Shown: in pieces, positions 9,096 through 18,976 of the stretch
Layout: each line of letters begins with the position of its first letter
Position numbering within the stretch: position 1 is the first letter of the stretch
Assembly: GCA_965208835.1 (NCBI GenBank)
Contig: OZ242358.1
Location: forward strand, 1,792,001 to 1,856,000
From: Candidatus Latescibacterota bacterium
GTDB taxonomy: Bacteria > Latescibacterota > UBA2968 > GCA-2709665
DNA length: 64,000 nucleotides
Reading direction: 5' to 3'
Position numbers and translations under genes: made by a program
Notes under the pieces: model-generated
The model's input: the letters and a program-made list of their open reading frames with translations, nothing else
Database searches by the model: none
Told to the model about the DNA's origin: nothing

Positions 9096-10967
9096 ATGAG
9101 ATCGACACGGATTCTCGCGGACAATTTCCGCCATCACGGCCCCGCCACCCGCAGCAGCCATCCGAGAGGCACGGTTGCGGCCGCCGCCGGAGACGGCCGG
9201 AACGTCGTCCTCGTCTGGCTGTTCGACCATCGCGGCGGGTACGCGCTGCTGGTCATCGATGCCGCGACCGGCAAGAGCAGTGAATTTCCGGTACCCTTTC
9301 CACCCGGAGGCGATTGCCCCTACGCGTCGCTCCTGTCCAGCCGAAACTGCTTCTACACGCACTTCAATGGCTATTTCGTGGAGTTCGACGTTAATGCGAT
9401 GGACTATACGTTCTGCCACCAGACGGCGCCGCGAATGGCGATGGGACTGACCGAAGACGACACGGGCGTGATCTGGTCTTCGACATATCCACAGAGCGGG
9501 CTTGCGTCTTACGATCCACAAAACGGTGTGTTCAGGGACTACGGACACCTGTACAGGCAGAACTGGCGCCAGTATCCCACCACACTTGCCACCGACGACA
9601 CCGGCTGGGTCTACTTCGGCATCGGGACGACGCTGTGCCAGGTCATCGCGTTCGACCGTAAGGCCGAATCGGCAACACCGATCCTCGCGGAAGACGAACG
9701 GTCGCGCGGCAGCGCATCCGTCTACAGGGACCTCAATGGCAAGGTCTATGCCCTGCCGCCAACGGGAACCCCCTGGCCCGGAGACAACCCGGATGCGGAG
9801 ACATGGTACGAACTCCATGGGGGAGAGCGCAAGACAGTACCCCGGCGGGAACGGCACGATAAGCACTATATCGAGGGAGATGCCGGGCACGTCCATCCCC
9901 ATTTCCCGGACGGGAGCGAACTTCTGAAATGCTGCCTCGTCGACCGCGTGTTATCCGTGCAGGATCCCAACGGCGATCGATCGCCGGACGTGTCGTTCGA
10001 CTACACCAGCGAAGGCGCGCACATCATGGGCGTCGCTGCCGCGCCGGACGGCACGATCTGCGGCGGCACGTTCTTCCCAAGACGCACGTTCAGCTATCGC
10101 CCCGAGACCGACGCCTGGATCGAGCGGGAGAGTTTCGGCCAGTGGAATACCGTGGGCCGCCAGGGCGACCGGTTCTTCGTTGGCGGTTACGGCAGCGGCG
10201 CACTCCTGGAATGGGACCCGTACAAACCGTGGGTGACAACTGAAAAGGAGAACCCGGCTTCGAACCCCTTCTTCCACCGGACCTGTACGCCCACGATGCA
10301 TCGACCGCACAAGCTGCTCGTTCATCCCGACGGCAAGACGCTGGTGGTGGCGGGGACCCCCGGCTATGGCTATACGGGCGGCGGGCTGCTTTTCTGGAAC
10401 TGCGAGCGGCGAAACGGGACCCTGCTCGAACATACGGACCTGTTGCCGGACCACTCCACGGCGAGCCTCGCGGCGCTTCCCGGGAGCAAGCTCCTGGGAG
10501 GCACGACAACCAACCCCGGGACGGGGGGTGAGCAGAAGGCAGCCGAAGCCGAACTCTACATTCTGGATATGGAAACAAGAAAGCTGGAATGGCGACAGGT
10601 CCTCTTCCCGGGGGCGCAGGAATACACGGACCTGTGTATGGGGCGGGACGGTCTCGCTTACGGTTTTGTCGACCGGGCGTGTTTTTTCGTCTTCTGCCCC
10701 GACAGACGGGAAGTCATTCACCAGGAAGAAACGGAGCGGACTTTCGGTCCAACGGCGCACCAGCAGGGGCCGCGCGTCTTCGTGACCGCTCCCGACGGTG
10801 CGGTCTACGTCCTGTTCGAAAAGGGCATCGCCCGCATCGAGAGCGGTACGTTCGCGTTCGAAAACTTCGTCTCCTCACCGGTGCCCGTCAGCAATGGCGG
10901 AGACTGTCTCAACGGGCGCATCTATTTCACCAGCGACTCCCACCTCTACAGCTGGGAAATCCCGTAA
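9096..10967 (+). CDS. Hypothetical beta-propeller repeat protein
   Basis: 623 aa with repeated DGxxY/GGT blade-like motifs and high-GC3 codon usage. Confidence 0.65.
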   Translation: MRSTRILADNFRHHGPATRSSHPRGTVAAAAGDGRNVVLVWLFDHRGGYALLVIDAATGKSSEFPVPFPPGGDCPYASLLSSRNCFYTHFNGYFVEFDVNAMDYTFCHQTAPRMAMGLTEDDTGVIWSSTYPQSGLASYDPQNGVFRDYGHLYRQNWRQYPTTLATDDTGWVYFGIGTTLCQVIAFDRKAESATPILAEDERSRGSASVYRDLNGKVYALPPTGTPWPGDNPDAETWYELHGGERKTVPRRERHDKHYIEGDAGHVHPHFPDGSELLKCCLVDRVLSVQDPNGDRSPDVSFDYTSEGAHIMGVAAAPDGTICGGTFFPRRTFSYRPETDAWIERESFGQWNTVGRQGDRFFVGGYGSGALLEWDPYKPWVTTEKENPASNPFFHRTCTPTMHRPHKLLVHPDGKTLVVAGTPGYGYTGGGLLFWNCERRNGTLLEHTDLLPDHSTASLAALPGSKLLGGTTTNPGTGGEQKAAEAELYILDMETRKLEWRQVLFPGAQEYTDLCMGRDGLAYGFVDRACFFVFCPDRREVIHQEETERTFGPTAHQQGPRVFVTAPDGAVYVLFEKGIARIESGTFAFENFVSSPVPVSNGGDCLNGRIYFTSDSHLYSWEIP

Positions 10968-11184
10968 CCGGAGCCCGGCTGCGCAGGTGACAGCGGGGAA
11001 CGCAGGTTGGCAGCGTTCGGCGCGATCGTGTCAGCCTTCAAGGATTCCCCGAAGCCGGTCGCCCAGATCCGCCCTGACTTCCGGTTGCGGTTCCATCATG
11101 CGCCGGTCTCGCAGCGAACCTCCCGGTTCGCGCGCCGGAGCGCCCGTTTGGACGTCGGACCCCATTGTGGACTCCCGATAATGC

Positions 11185-11922
11185 CTATGAATTGGGACCA
11201 AATGCTTCTCTCTTCCAATTCTCGTAAAACGCCCTCGCATAGCCTCTGAAAACGTCCAGACGTTCGGTCACCGCCCGCTCGAAATCGTGCATGGCATCCG
11301 CTCCCAGTGTCTCGAGCAGGGCTTCGTGATAGGCGGGAACGGCGTCCCATTCCGCTATTGTCTCCGCCGTAATCTCGATGTGAAACTGGGCGGTGATCGC
11401 ATGATTCCCCATACTCATCGCCTGGACCGCGCACAGCTCGGACGACGCAAGGACTTCCAGATCTCCGGGAACGGTCTTCACCGCCGAACTGTGCCACTGA
11501 AGGCAGGGCAGCGTCTCCGGAAAACCACTGAAGAATCCACTGGCCATACCCGGTGGCGTCAGGCGAACATCCATCACCCCCACCTCCGGACTCTCGTTCG
11601 GGCCGACGTGACCGCCCAGTGCCGCGGCAAGCAGCTGATGGCCCAGGCAGATGCCCACGAAGGGCATCCTTTTCTCAACGACAGCGTACCGGATGGCGGC
11701 TTTCTCCTCCACGAGCCACGGGTGCGCGTCCTCCTCCCATACGTCCATCGGACCGCCCATCGCCCACAGCGCGTCGTAGGGGTCCAGATCCGGGATGCGT
11801 TCCCCGGCATCCAGCTCAACGACGTCCCACCGGATCCCGTCCTCTGCGAAGAATTCCCTAAAGAGGCCTGGATGTTCAACGTCAAGATGCTGGAAGACCA
11901 GCAGTCGCTCGAGGGCCATCAT
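11185..11922 (-). CDS. Type 1 glutamine amidotransferase (GMP synthase-like domain)
   Basis: MGGPMDV, GICLGHQL, QWH and QFHIE catalytic-triad motifs. Confidence 0.9.
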   Translation of the reverse strand: MMALERLLVFQHLDVEHPGLFREFFAEDGIRWDVVELDAGERIPDLDPYDALWAMGGPMDVWEEDAHPWLVEEKAAIRYAVVEKRMPFVGICLGHQLLAAALGGHVGPNESPEVGVMDVRLTPPGMASGFFSGFPETLPCLQWHSSAVKTVPGDLEVLASSELCAVQAMSMGNHAITAQFHIEITAETIAEWDAVPAYHEALLETLGADAMHDFERAVTERLDVFRGYARAFYENWKREAFGPNS

Positions 11923-12167
11923 TGCCTCCGGGGTTTTCCTTCTGGATTCCTGGCTGCGGATTCGATATCTTGAGCCTGCGGCCCCTGAGCACTCGCCCTG
12001 CCTGTGTTGCTTGCACTGAGCTTGACGAAGTGGCTTATCGAAGCAAGTCTGTCGATGAAAGCTTGTCGAAATGTCGAATGGCCGACGGGTGTAGAGGGGC
12101 GGAAAGACGCCGGGGGGCCGACTCAGATCTGAGCCACAACGTCCAACGAATCCGTGAGACGGATGCG

Positions 12168-12881
12168 ATGAATCTCCTGCGAAAATGCGGCGCGGAATTC
12201 ATCGGCGCCTTTGCCATCGTGCTGGGGGGGTGCGGCGCCGTTGCCGTGAACCAGATCAGCGGCGGCGCCGTATCCCACGTGGGCGTCGCCACGTCGTTCG
12301 GCCTGATCGTGATGACGATGGTTTACGCCACCGGCCACATCTCGGGCGCGCACTTCAATCCCGCAGTCACAATCGCCTTTTCCTTCACACGTCATTTTCC
12401 CAGGCGGGAAATCCTCCCATACATTGCTGCCCAGTGCCTCGGCGCGGTCCTCGCCAGCGGCATCCACCTCGCCACCCTGTCACCCGTCCTGGAAGCCAGG
12501 CTTCCCGGTCAGGAGCTCGATCTGGGCGTCACCCAGCCGCTGGACGGCGTGTGGACCACGGCCTTCGTATGGGAGTTCCTGCTCGCGTTTCTGCTGATGG
12601 TCGTGATCATGGCGGTTGCCACTGACTACCGCGCCACCGGTCAGGCCGCCGGTCTGGCCATTGGGGGCACGATTGGGTTCGAGGCCATGTTCGCAGGCCC
12701 CATCTGCGGCGCATCCATGAATCCCGCCCGCAGCCTGGGCCCGGCCCTGGCCTCCGGCAACTGGCTGCATTTTTCGGCGTATGCCGCCGGACCCATACTG
12801 GGCGCGCTTGCCGGGGCCCTCTTTTACGAGTTCATCCGGTGCCACCGCGACGGAGGGACGGAAGTCAAGGGCTGCTGCTGA
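12168..12881 (+). CDS. MIP/aquaporin family channel (NIP/AqpZ-like)
   Basis: HISGAHFNPAVT and GASMNPARS NPA boxes. Ends in GCC. Confidence 0.93.
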   Translation: MNLLRKCGAEFIGAFAIVLGGCGAVAVNQISGGAVSHVGVATSFGLIVMTMVYATGHISGAHFNPAVTIAFSFTRHFPRREILPYIAAQCLGAVLASGIHLATLSPVLEARLPGQELDLGVTQPLDGVWTTAFVWEFLLAFLLMVVIMAVATDYRATGQAAGLAIGGTIGFEAMFAGPICGASMNPARSLGPALASGNWLHFSAYAAGPILGALAGALFYEFIRCHRDGGTEVKGCC

Positions 12882-12945
12882 AGTGCGGCCTTTCGACAGG
12901 CTGACGCCGCCTTCGAGAAAATTCAGCAATTCACCGCGAGCCGGT

Positions 12946-13782
12946 TCATAACACCAGCGCAACCGCCAGAACGGCCAGCGCCACCCCGGCCGCGGCGGCC
13001 CGACTTAGCCGTTCCTTCCAGAGGAAATGGGCAGACAGGTTGTCAAGCAGGATTACGCTGCAACCCGTGGCCGGAAAAAACAGCGTTCCCGGAATTCGAC
13101 TGAGGGTAAGCATGATGACGGACAGGGCCAGGGCGTTGTACGCGCCAAGGCCGATCCCCGTCACGAGTTCCAACCGCTCGGGACGACGCAACCTTCCTGC
13201 AATGAAGATGTAGCCGATTGTACCGGCGGTGGCGCCCATCACCGTCAGTATCTGGACAAATTCCCCGTCGAGTCCGGCATAGTGAACCGAACGCAGGCAG
13301 GAGTGACTCAATCCCTGGGCGAGGAAAACCGCGATCAACAGGCCGAAGGTTCGGCGGCCCGTCGCGCGGACGTTTGCCCCTGCGCCCGACGTCATCAACA
13401 CCAGTGCGGGGAACGCGAGCAGGATTCCACCGAATTGTGAGGGTACAACCGGTTCCTGCCAGAGCCAGATTCCAAGGGCGACGGGCACCGCAATGGACAT
13501 GCGAAACGCCGTCAGCACGGCTCCAACGGATGCGATTTCCAGGACGCGCATCATCAACGACATTGAACCGATGAATACGGCGCCGGTGATCAGGCCGGTC
13601 TGCAATGCCGCGGCCGAAAACGTAAACCGGTCCGTGGCCAGGAGGTAGGTGGCCAGGACCGCGGAGAGTACCAGGTAATTGGTGGATACGACGGCGGGAG
13701 CGTAATAGCCGCGGCGCTGGGAGAATTTGCAGATCTGGACGAATCCGAAATCGAGCAGAATCGCGAATATCAGCCAGGACAA
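12946..13782 (-). CDS. EamA/DMT family transporter
   Basis: About ten hydrophobic segments in two repeats (LWQEP, LWKERLS). Confidence 0.75.
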   Translation of the reverse strand: MSWLIFAILLDFGFVQICKFSQRRGYYAPAVVSTNYLVLSAVLATYLLATDRFTFSAAALQTGLITGAVFIGSMSLMMRVLEIASVGAVLTAFRMSIAVPVALGIWLWQEPVVPSQFGGILLAFPALVLMTSGAGANVRATGRRTFGLLIAVFLAQGLSHSCLRSVHYAGLDGEFVQILTVMGATAGTIGYIFIAGRLRRPERLELVTGIGLGAYNALALSVIMLTLSRIPGTLFFPATGCSVILLDNLSAHFLWKERLSRAAAAGVALAVLAVALVL

Positions 13783-13876
13783 TTCAGGCGCCTCTTCCGT
13801 CTGGTGTTCTGTCCCAGAAACAGGATGTCGAATGGTTCGATATTTCTAGGACGGGACACCGGGTCGGGAAAGAAAG

Positions 13877-14647
13877 CTACTCTCCCCATGCCTTCCGGAT
13901 CCACGGCAGGGCCGCGCGCAAGGGCTCGACAAACAGTTCGACCTGGTAGTGGGTCACGTCCTGGACGACGATCATCTCAATCTGCACGTCCACTTCTTTC
14001 AGCGCCCGCACTGTCGTTTCCACGGGTTCGAACGCGACCACTTCATCGGCGACGCTGTGGATGACGAGCAGAGGAACCTGCCAGTCGACTTCGGTTGCAT
14101 CTTCCTCCGGACTCGCCGATATGGGAATCGCGGCCCGGAACACGTCCGGATGCCGCGCCGCAAGATACCAGGCGCCCCGGCCGCCCAAGCTGAAACCCGT
14201 CACAAGTGTTTTGGATTCGTCGATCGCGTAATTTGCCTTGATCTCCCGGATCAGATCCAGCACCTGCTTCTCGCTTTCCGCGTTGTCCCAACCCTGCGCC
14301 ACCGCTTCGGGCGCCACGATAATCGCTCCGAGATCCTCCAGCGCGGGCGATACGAGGACTTCCAGCAGCCGACTTCCGTAATAGGGCACGACGATACCGC
14401 CGTAATGCAGCGACAGAATGAGAGGCGCGGGTTGTCCGGCGTTGTATCCCGTCGGGATGAGAAGGGTGTATCGCTGGTCGGGGGACAGGACTCTGTTATA
14501 GATACCCGGTGCCTGCGGCATGGCGTCCTCTTCGGGCCCGGACGGATCGTCTGAACCGCAGGCTGCCGCCATGGATGCAAGCATTCCCGCCAGTAACCAG
14601 TGAGCCACTAGCGATTTTTTTCTTAACCCCTCGCGTGAGTTTGTCAT
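13877..14647 (-). CDS. Lipoprotein alpha/beta hydrolase (esterase/peptidase-like)
   Basis: Lipobox MAAAC, LSLHYGG, nucleophile motif GFSLGG, HSVADEVV. Confidence 0.82.
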   Translation of the reverse strand: MTNSREGLRKKSLVAHWLLAGMLASMAAACGSDDPSGPEEDAMPQAPGIYNRVLSPDQRYTLLIPTGYNAGQPAPLILSLHYGGIVVPYYGSRLLEVLVSPALEDLGAIIVAPEAVAQGWDNAESEKQVLDLIREIKANYAIDESKTLVTGFSLGGRGAWYLAARHPDVFRAAIPISASPEEDATEVDWQVPLLVIHSVADEVVAFEPVETTVRALKEVDVQIEMIVVQDVTHYQVELFVEPLRAALPWIRKAWGE

Positions 14648-14740
14648 ATCTTCCCCGTTGTTGTCCTCCAGAACGACTCGCCCCGCCTAAATATACGGTA
14701 TCGGCGACTTACAACAAAACATGATATCGAAGGAAATTCC

Positions 14741-16357
14741 ATGACAGGGGCCGACATCCTGATCCGGAGCCTCAAGGCACAGAACGTCCGCTGTATCGTC
14801 GGCATGCCGGGCAATCAGAACATCGACATCTACGACGCCCTGTTGCGCACCGGCGGAATCGAGCATTACCTCATCCGAAACGAGCAGGGCGCGACGCTGA
14901 TCGCCAATGGATTTGCCCGCGCATCGGGCGAAGTGGGGGTTGCGCTCACGGTCCCCGGCCCCGGCGCGACGAACGCGTCCACCGGAATCGTCGACGCCCA
15001 CACGGACTGCGTTCCCGTGCTGCTGATCACCGGAGGCACCGAAGTGGCCTATAACGGGCGAGACCGGAGCAAGTGCTTCCATGGCCTGGACCAGGCCGCG
15101 TTCTTCGCGCCGATCACACGGTTCTTCGCCCGCCCCGAACGCATCGAAGATATCCCCGATGCCGTCAGAGGCGCCTTCGCCGCCCTGCGCGCGCCCAGAC
15201 CCGGTCCGGCGGTGATCGAACTGCCCATGGACGTGGCCGCCGCGGAGGGCGATGCCGACGTCCCCGCGTACGTGGAGGGGAACCGTCCGACGCCCGATTC
15301 CCCGGACCTGCGCCGCGTCGCCGAAGTGATCGCACGAATGGAGCGGCCGGCCATCCTCGCCGGCGGAAATATCGCAGATGCGAACGCATCCCCTGAACTC
15401 AGGACATTTTCGGAAACGCTGAACGCGCCCGTACTGTTCAGCCGGCTCGGCAAGGGTGTTTTTCCCGACTCCCATCCACTTTCGGCGGGCCACTGCCGCG
15501 GCCGGCTGGCAAAGAACGTCCTCCGACATTCGGACGGGCTCATCGCGGTGGGTTGCCGATTCACCCAGATCGACACCTCCGGCTGGACCATGGAAATGCC
15601 GTCTCTGCGCGTACAGGTGGATCCCGACCCCGCCGAAATCGGGCGCGAAATCACCATAGACGCGGGCGCGGCGGGCGACCTGAAGCAGTCTCTGTCCGCA
15701 CTGCTGGAAGCGCTGCTTGAAATGGAAAAACCGGATTTCGCATGGAGGGACACTCTGGATCGAGCCAGGGGGGAAATCGCACAGTCACGCCGGCCGCTGC
15801 CTATTATGTCCGCGATGAGAGAGCACCTCGATGCGGACGCCGTCGTATCCGTGGACGTGACTTCCATCGGATACCGGTCCTTCGACGAATTCCCCGTGGA
15901 ACATCCGCGGTGTTTCATGTACCCCTGCCATTCGGTCACGCTCGGATTCGCGGCGCCGGCAGCGATTGGCGCGAAGCTCGCCCAACCTCACCGTCAGGTG
16001 GCCGCCTTCTGCGGCGACGGCGGGTTTCAGATGACCGCGTTCGAACTGGCAACCGCCGCCGAACATGGGATCGAGATTATCTGCGTGGTCATCAACGACG
16101 GCAGCCTGAGCGCGATCCGGGGCGCCCAGGCAAAGGCATTCAACGGACGGGTCATCGACACGGACATGCAGACACCGCGCGTCGCCGACCTCGCGCGCTC
16201 CATGGGCGCCCGGGGCGTTCGGGTGGACGACCCGGACCGTTTCCCCGCCGCTTTTGCCGACGTCATCGGCCTCGAGGGACCGACCGTCATCGAGGTTGTG
16301 ATGCAGAAACAGCGCGACGCCCTTATCAGGCAGGTGCCCTGGCTGTATCCCGACTGA
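14741..16357 (+). CDS. Thiamine pyrophosphate-binding enzyme (acetolactate synthase-like)
   Basis: RNEQGA, GPGATN and TPP motif GDGGFQM...VINDG. Confidence 0.9.
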   Translation: MTGADILIRSLKAQNVRCIVGMPGNQNIDIYDALLRTGGIEHYLIRNEQGATLIANGFARASGEVGVALTVPGPGATNASTGIVDAHTDCVPVLLITGGTEVAYNGRDRSKCFHGLDQAAFFAPITRFFARPERIEDIPDAVRGAFAALRAPRPGPAVIELPMDVAAAEGDADVPAYVEGNRPTPDSPDLRRVAEVIARMERPAILAGGNIADANASPELRTFSETLNAPVLFSRLGKGVFPDSHPLSAGHCRGRLAKNVLRHSDGLIAVGCRFTQIDTSGWTMEMPSLRVQVDPDPAEIGREITIDAGAAGDLKQSLSALLEALLEMEKPDFAWRDTLDRARGEIAQSRRPLPIMSAMREHLDADAVVSVDVTSIGYRSFDEFPVEHPRCFMYPCHSVTLGFAAPAAIGAKLAQPHRQVAAFCGDGGFQMTAFELATAAEHGIEIICVVINDGSLSAIRGAQAKAFNGRVIDTDMQTPRVADLARSMGARGVRVDDPDRFPAAFADVIGLEGPTVIEVVMQKQRDALIRQVPWLYPD

Positions 16358-16382
16358 TGATTTTGCGAGAAAGCGAGGCGAT

Positions 16383-17516
16383 ATGAAGATAACAGAGGTC
16401 AAGACTTTTCCCATATTCTACGGTTCCAGGAACTACCTCTTTGTCAAAATAGAAACCGACGAGGGCATCTACGGAGTCGGTGAGTTCGGCATCACGTGGA
16501 AGGAGCAGGCCGGGGTCGGCGCCATTCGCCACATGGCCTCAGATCTCGTCGGCCAGGACCCGCTAAACACTGAATACATCTGGCAGGTCCTCTTCAGGGG
16601 CGACTTTTTCCCTGGCGGGCGCATTCACATGGCGGCGCAGAGCGCGATCGATATCGCCCTGTGGGACATCAAGGGCAAGGCCCTGGGCCAGCCGGTCTAT
16701 ATGCTGCTGGGCGGCAGGCTGCGGGACCGAGTGGTCTGCTATACCGGGATCGGCGGCGGGACGCCCGAAGAAACGGCCCGTTCGGCGAAGGACCGTGCCT
16801 CTGAAGGGTGGAAATATCTCCGCATGTCCGTTCTCGACCGGGACGGCATCCTGGAGCCGTCGACAGCCGTTCGGGACTCCGTTGCGCATTTCGCCGCCGC
16901 CCGGGAAGCAGTCGGCCCGGAAGTCGAAATCTGCATCGACGTTCACACGCGGCTGGACCCGCCCGATACCATCCGGCTGGGCCGCAAACTGGAACCGTAC
17001 GATCCGTTCTTTATCGAAGACCCGCTCAGATGTGAAAACCCGCAGACCTACCGACTGGTCCGCAGCCACGTCAACTGTCCGCTGGCGGTTGGCGAACACT
17101 ATGCCACCAAGTGGGAATTCCGACAGCTCATCGAAGAAGAACTTGCCGACTACGCGCGCATCGACCTCTGTATTGTCGGCGGTCTTACTGAGGCTCGCAA
17201 GGTGGCGAACTGGGCCGAGACCCACTACATCAAGATTGTGCCGCACAACCCCCTCGGACCCGTTTCGGCCGCCGCCTGCCTCCACCTGGACGTTGCCACG
17301 GACAACTTTGCCGTTCAGGAGGGCGGCATGGTTGGTCGCACCGTCCTGGAGGACCTGTTTCCCGTACAGGTGCCCTACGAGTCGGGTTACCTCATCGCCA
17401 CGGACCGCCCCGGACTGGGGGTTGAATTCGACGAGTCCGCGGCGGCGAAGTATCCGTTCCGGTGGGGCCACGGCCCGCGCCTGCACCGGGAAGACGGATC
17501 GTTCACCAACTGGTAG
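16383..17516 (+). CDS. Mandelate racemase/MLE family dehydratase (galactonate dehydratase-like)
   Basis: SAIDIALWDIKGK, DVHTR, FIEDP, GE, PHNP, RPGLG. Confidence 0.9.
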   Translation: MKITEVKTFPIFYGSRNYLFVKIETDEGIYGVGEFGITWKEQAGVGAIRHMASDLVGQDPLNTEYIWQVLFRGDFFPGGRIHMAAQSAIDIALWDIKGKALGQPVYMLLGGRLRDRVVCYTGIGGGTPEETARSAKDRASEGWKYLRMSVLDRDGILEPSTAVRDSVAHFAAAREAVGPEVEICIDVHTRLDPPDTIRLGRKLEPYDPFFIEDPLRCENPQTYRLVRSHVNCPLAVGEHYATKWEFRQLIEEELADYARIDLCIVGGLTEARKVANWAETHYIKIVPHNPLGPVSAAACLHLDVATDNFAVQEGGMVGRTVLEDLFPVQVPYESGYLIATDRPGLGVEFDESAAAKYPFRWGHGPRLHREDGSFTNW

Positions 17517-17537
17517 GCATACAACGGCGCATCAACG

Positions 17538-17570
17538 AAAAAGGGTTACGCCAACAAGGCGTAACCCTTT
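17538..17570. terminator. Bidirectional intrinsic terminator
   Basis: AAAAAGGGTTACGCC-AACAA-GGCGTAACCCTTT between convergent units. Confidence 0.85.
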
Positions 17571-17577
17571 GATATAT

Positions 17578-17664
17578 TGGTGCCGAAGCCGAGACTCGAA
17601 CTCGGACGGGCATGCGCCCACTGCGCCCTCAACACAGCGTGTCTACCATTTCCACCACTTCGGC
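17578..17664 (-). tRNA. tRNA-Leu(GAG)
   Basis: GCCGAAG...CTTCGGC-ACCA acceptor stem, anticodon loop TT-GAG-GG, long variable arm, GTTCGAG T-loop. Lies downstream of secG. Confidence 0.96.
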
Positions 17665-17760
17665 ATCAACGAACCGTCCGTCTGCCCGGCCGATCACGGG
17701 CGAAACGGCCGAGATATGCACTCGTTCGAACGTTGACGTTCCGGGTGTCGGAAGGAGTCG

Positions 17761-18156
17761 TTACCGTACCGTATCGGCCGGCGACGTTGCCGGCGCGGTA
17801 CGTTCGGTAGCCGCGCCCTGTCCGGCCCGGTCCAGCGGCTGGGGCAGGCCCGACGGCGTGCTCTGGAGCGGCACGGGCTGTTCCCGGAGGGCCCGTTCCG
17901 CCGCGGTTTCGGGAGCCGTACCCGTATCCCTGGAAGCGTACCATAGGCTGATGCAGGTGAGAAAAAACACAACCGCCAGAACGGTCGTCGTCTTGCTCAG
18001 AAACGTCGCTGCACCGGCCCCGCCGAACATCGCACTGCCACCGCCGCCGCCGCCAAAGGCGGTGGAGAGGCCGCCACCTTTGCTGGCCTGCAACAGGATG
18101 GTTACGATCAGAACCAGGCAAACCAGAACATGTACGATCAGAAGAAGGGTTGTCAT
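17761..18156 (-). CDS. secG: Preprotein translocase subunit SecG
   Basis: ILLQASKGGGLSTAFGGG...FLSKTT. Follows tpiA. Confidence 0.95.
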   Translation of the reverse strand: MTTLLLIVHVLVCLVLIVTILLQASKGGGLSTAFGGGGGGSAMFGGAGAATFLSKTTTVLAVVFFLTCISLWYASRDTGTAPETAAERALREQPVPLQSTPSGLPQPLDRAGQGAATERTAPATSPADTVR

Positions 18157-18168
18157 GTTGATTCCCGC

Positions 18169-18936
18169 TCAAATTTCAGGCTGAAGTGCCGCTTTCACGA
18201 TGGCCGCGAATGAATCGGGCTTGAGTGAGGCCCCGCCGATCAATCCGCCGTCTATATCCGGCCTGTTGAACAGTTCGGCGGCGTTTTCGGGCTTTACGGA
18301 TCCCCCGTATTGGATTCGCACGTCCCGCGCGACGTTGTCGTTGTAGAGTTCCCGCAAGACCCGGCGGATGGACGTATGAACGGACTCGGCCTGTGAGGGC
18401 GTGGCCGTCATACCGGTGCCAATGGCCCACACGGGTTCATACGCGACAACACAGCCGACCGCCTCGGTTGCCGACACATTGGCGAACCCCGCCGTGACCT
18501 GCCGCCGCACCACCCGTTCGGTTGCCCCGGATTGACGCTCGTCAAGAGTCTCACCCACACAGACAATGGGCTTCAGCGCGGCGCTCAATGCAGCCCTAAG
18601 CCGCTGATTTACAGTTGTATCCGTTTCACCGAACCAGATGCGTCGTTCAGAGTGTCCTAATATAACGTACTCACATCCGCATGTCAACAGCATCCCAGCG
18701 GAAACCTCCCCTGTAAACGCCCCTTTATCCGCCCAGTGCAGATTCTGCGCGCCTAGCTTTACTGAACTGTCCCCCAGCACGTTACGTACCCGATCCAGAA
18801 CCGTGAAAGCGGGGCACACCACAACCTCAACCCTTGCCATGCCGTCCAACGAGTCCACAATGCCCCGCGCGAGTTGCTCCGCCTCCCCCGACGCCATGTT
18901 CATCTTCCAGTTTCCTGCCACAATGGGTACGCGCAT
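18169..18936 (-). CDS. tpiA: Triose-phosphate isomerase
   Basis: AGNWKMN, GHSERR, AYEPVWAIGTG, GGASL. Confidence 0.98.
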   Translation of the reverse strand: MRVPIVAGNWKMNMASGEAEQLARGIVDSLDGMARVEVVVCPAFTVLDRVRNVLGDSSVKLGAQNLHWADKGAFTGEVSAGMLLTCGCEYVILGHSERRIWFGETDTTVNQRLRAALSAALKPIVCVGETLDERQSGATERVVRRQVTAGFANVSATEAVGCVVAYEPVWAIGTGMTATPSQAESVHTSIRRVLRELYNDNVARDVRIQYGGSVKPENAAELFNRPDIDGGLIGGASLKPDSFAAIVKAALQPEI

Positions 18937-18976
18937 TCCCACCTCTCCACCAGGTTTTCGAATCAGACCGTGTGGT

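Noticed and set aside
12879-12881. Sec read-through of the aquaporin TGA after Cys-Cys
   Set aside because: The protein is already full length, and the downstream sequence is a REP-like repeat followed by a convergent gene.
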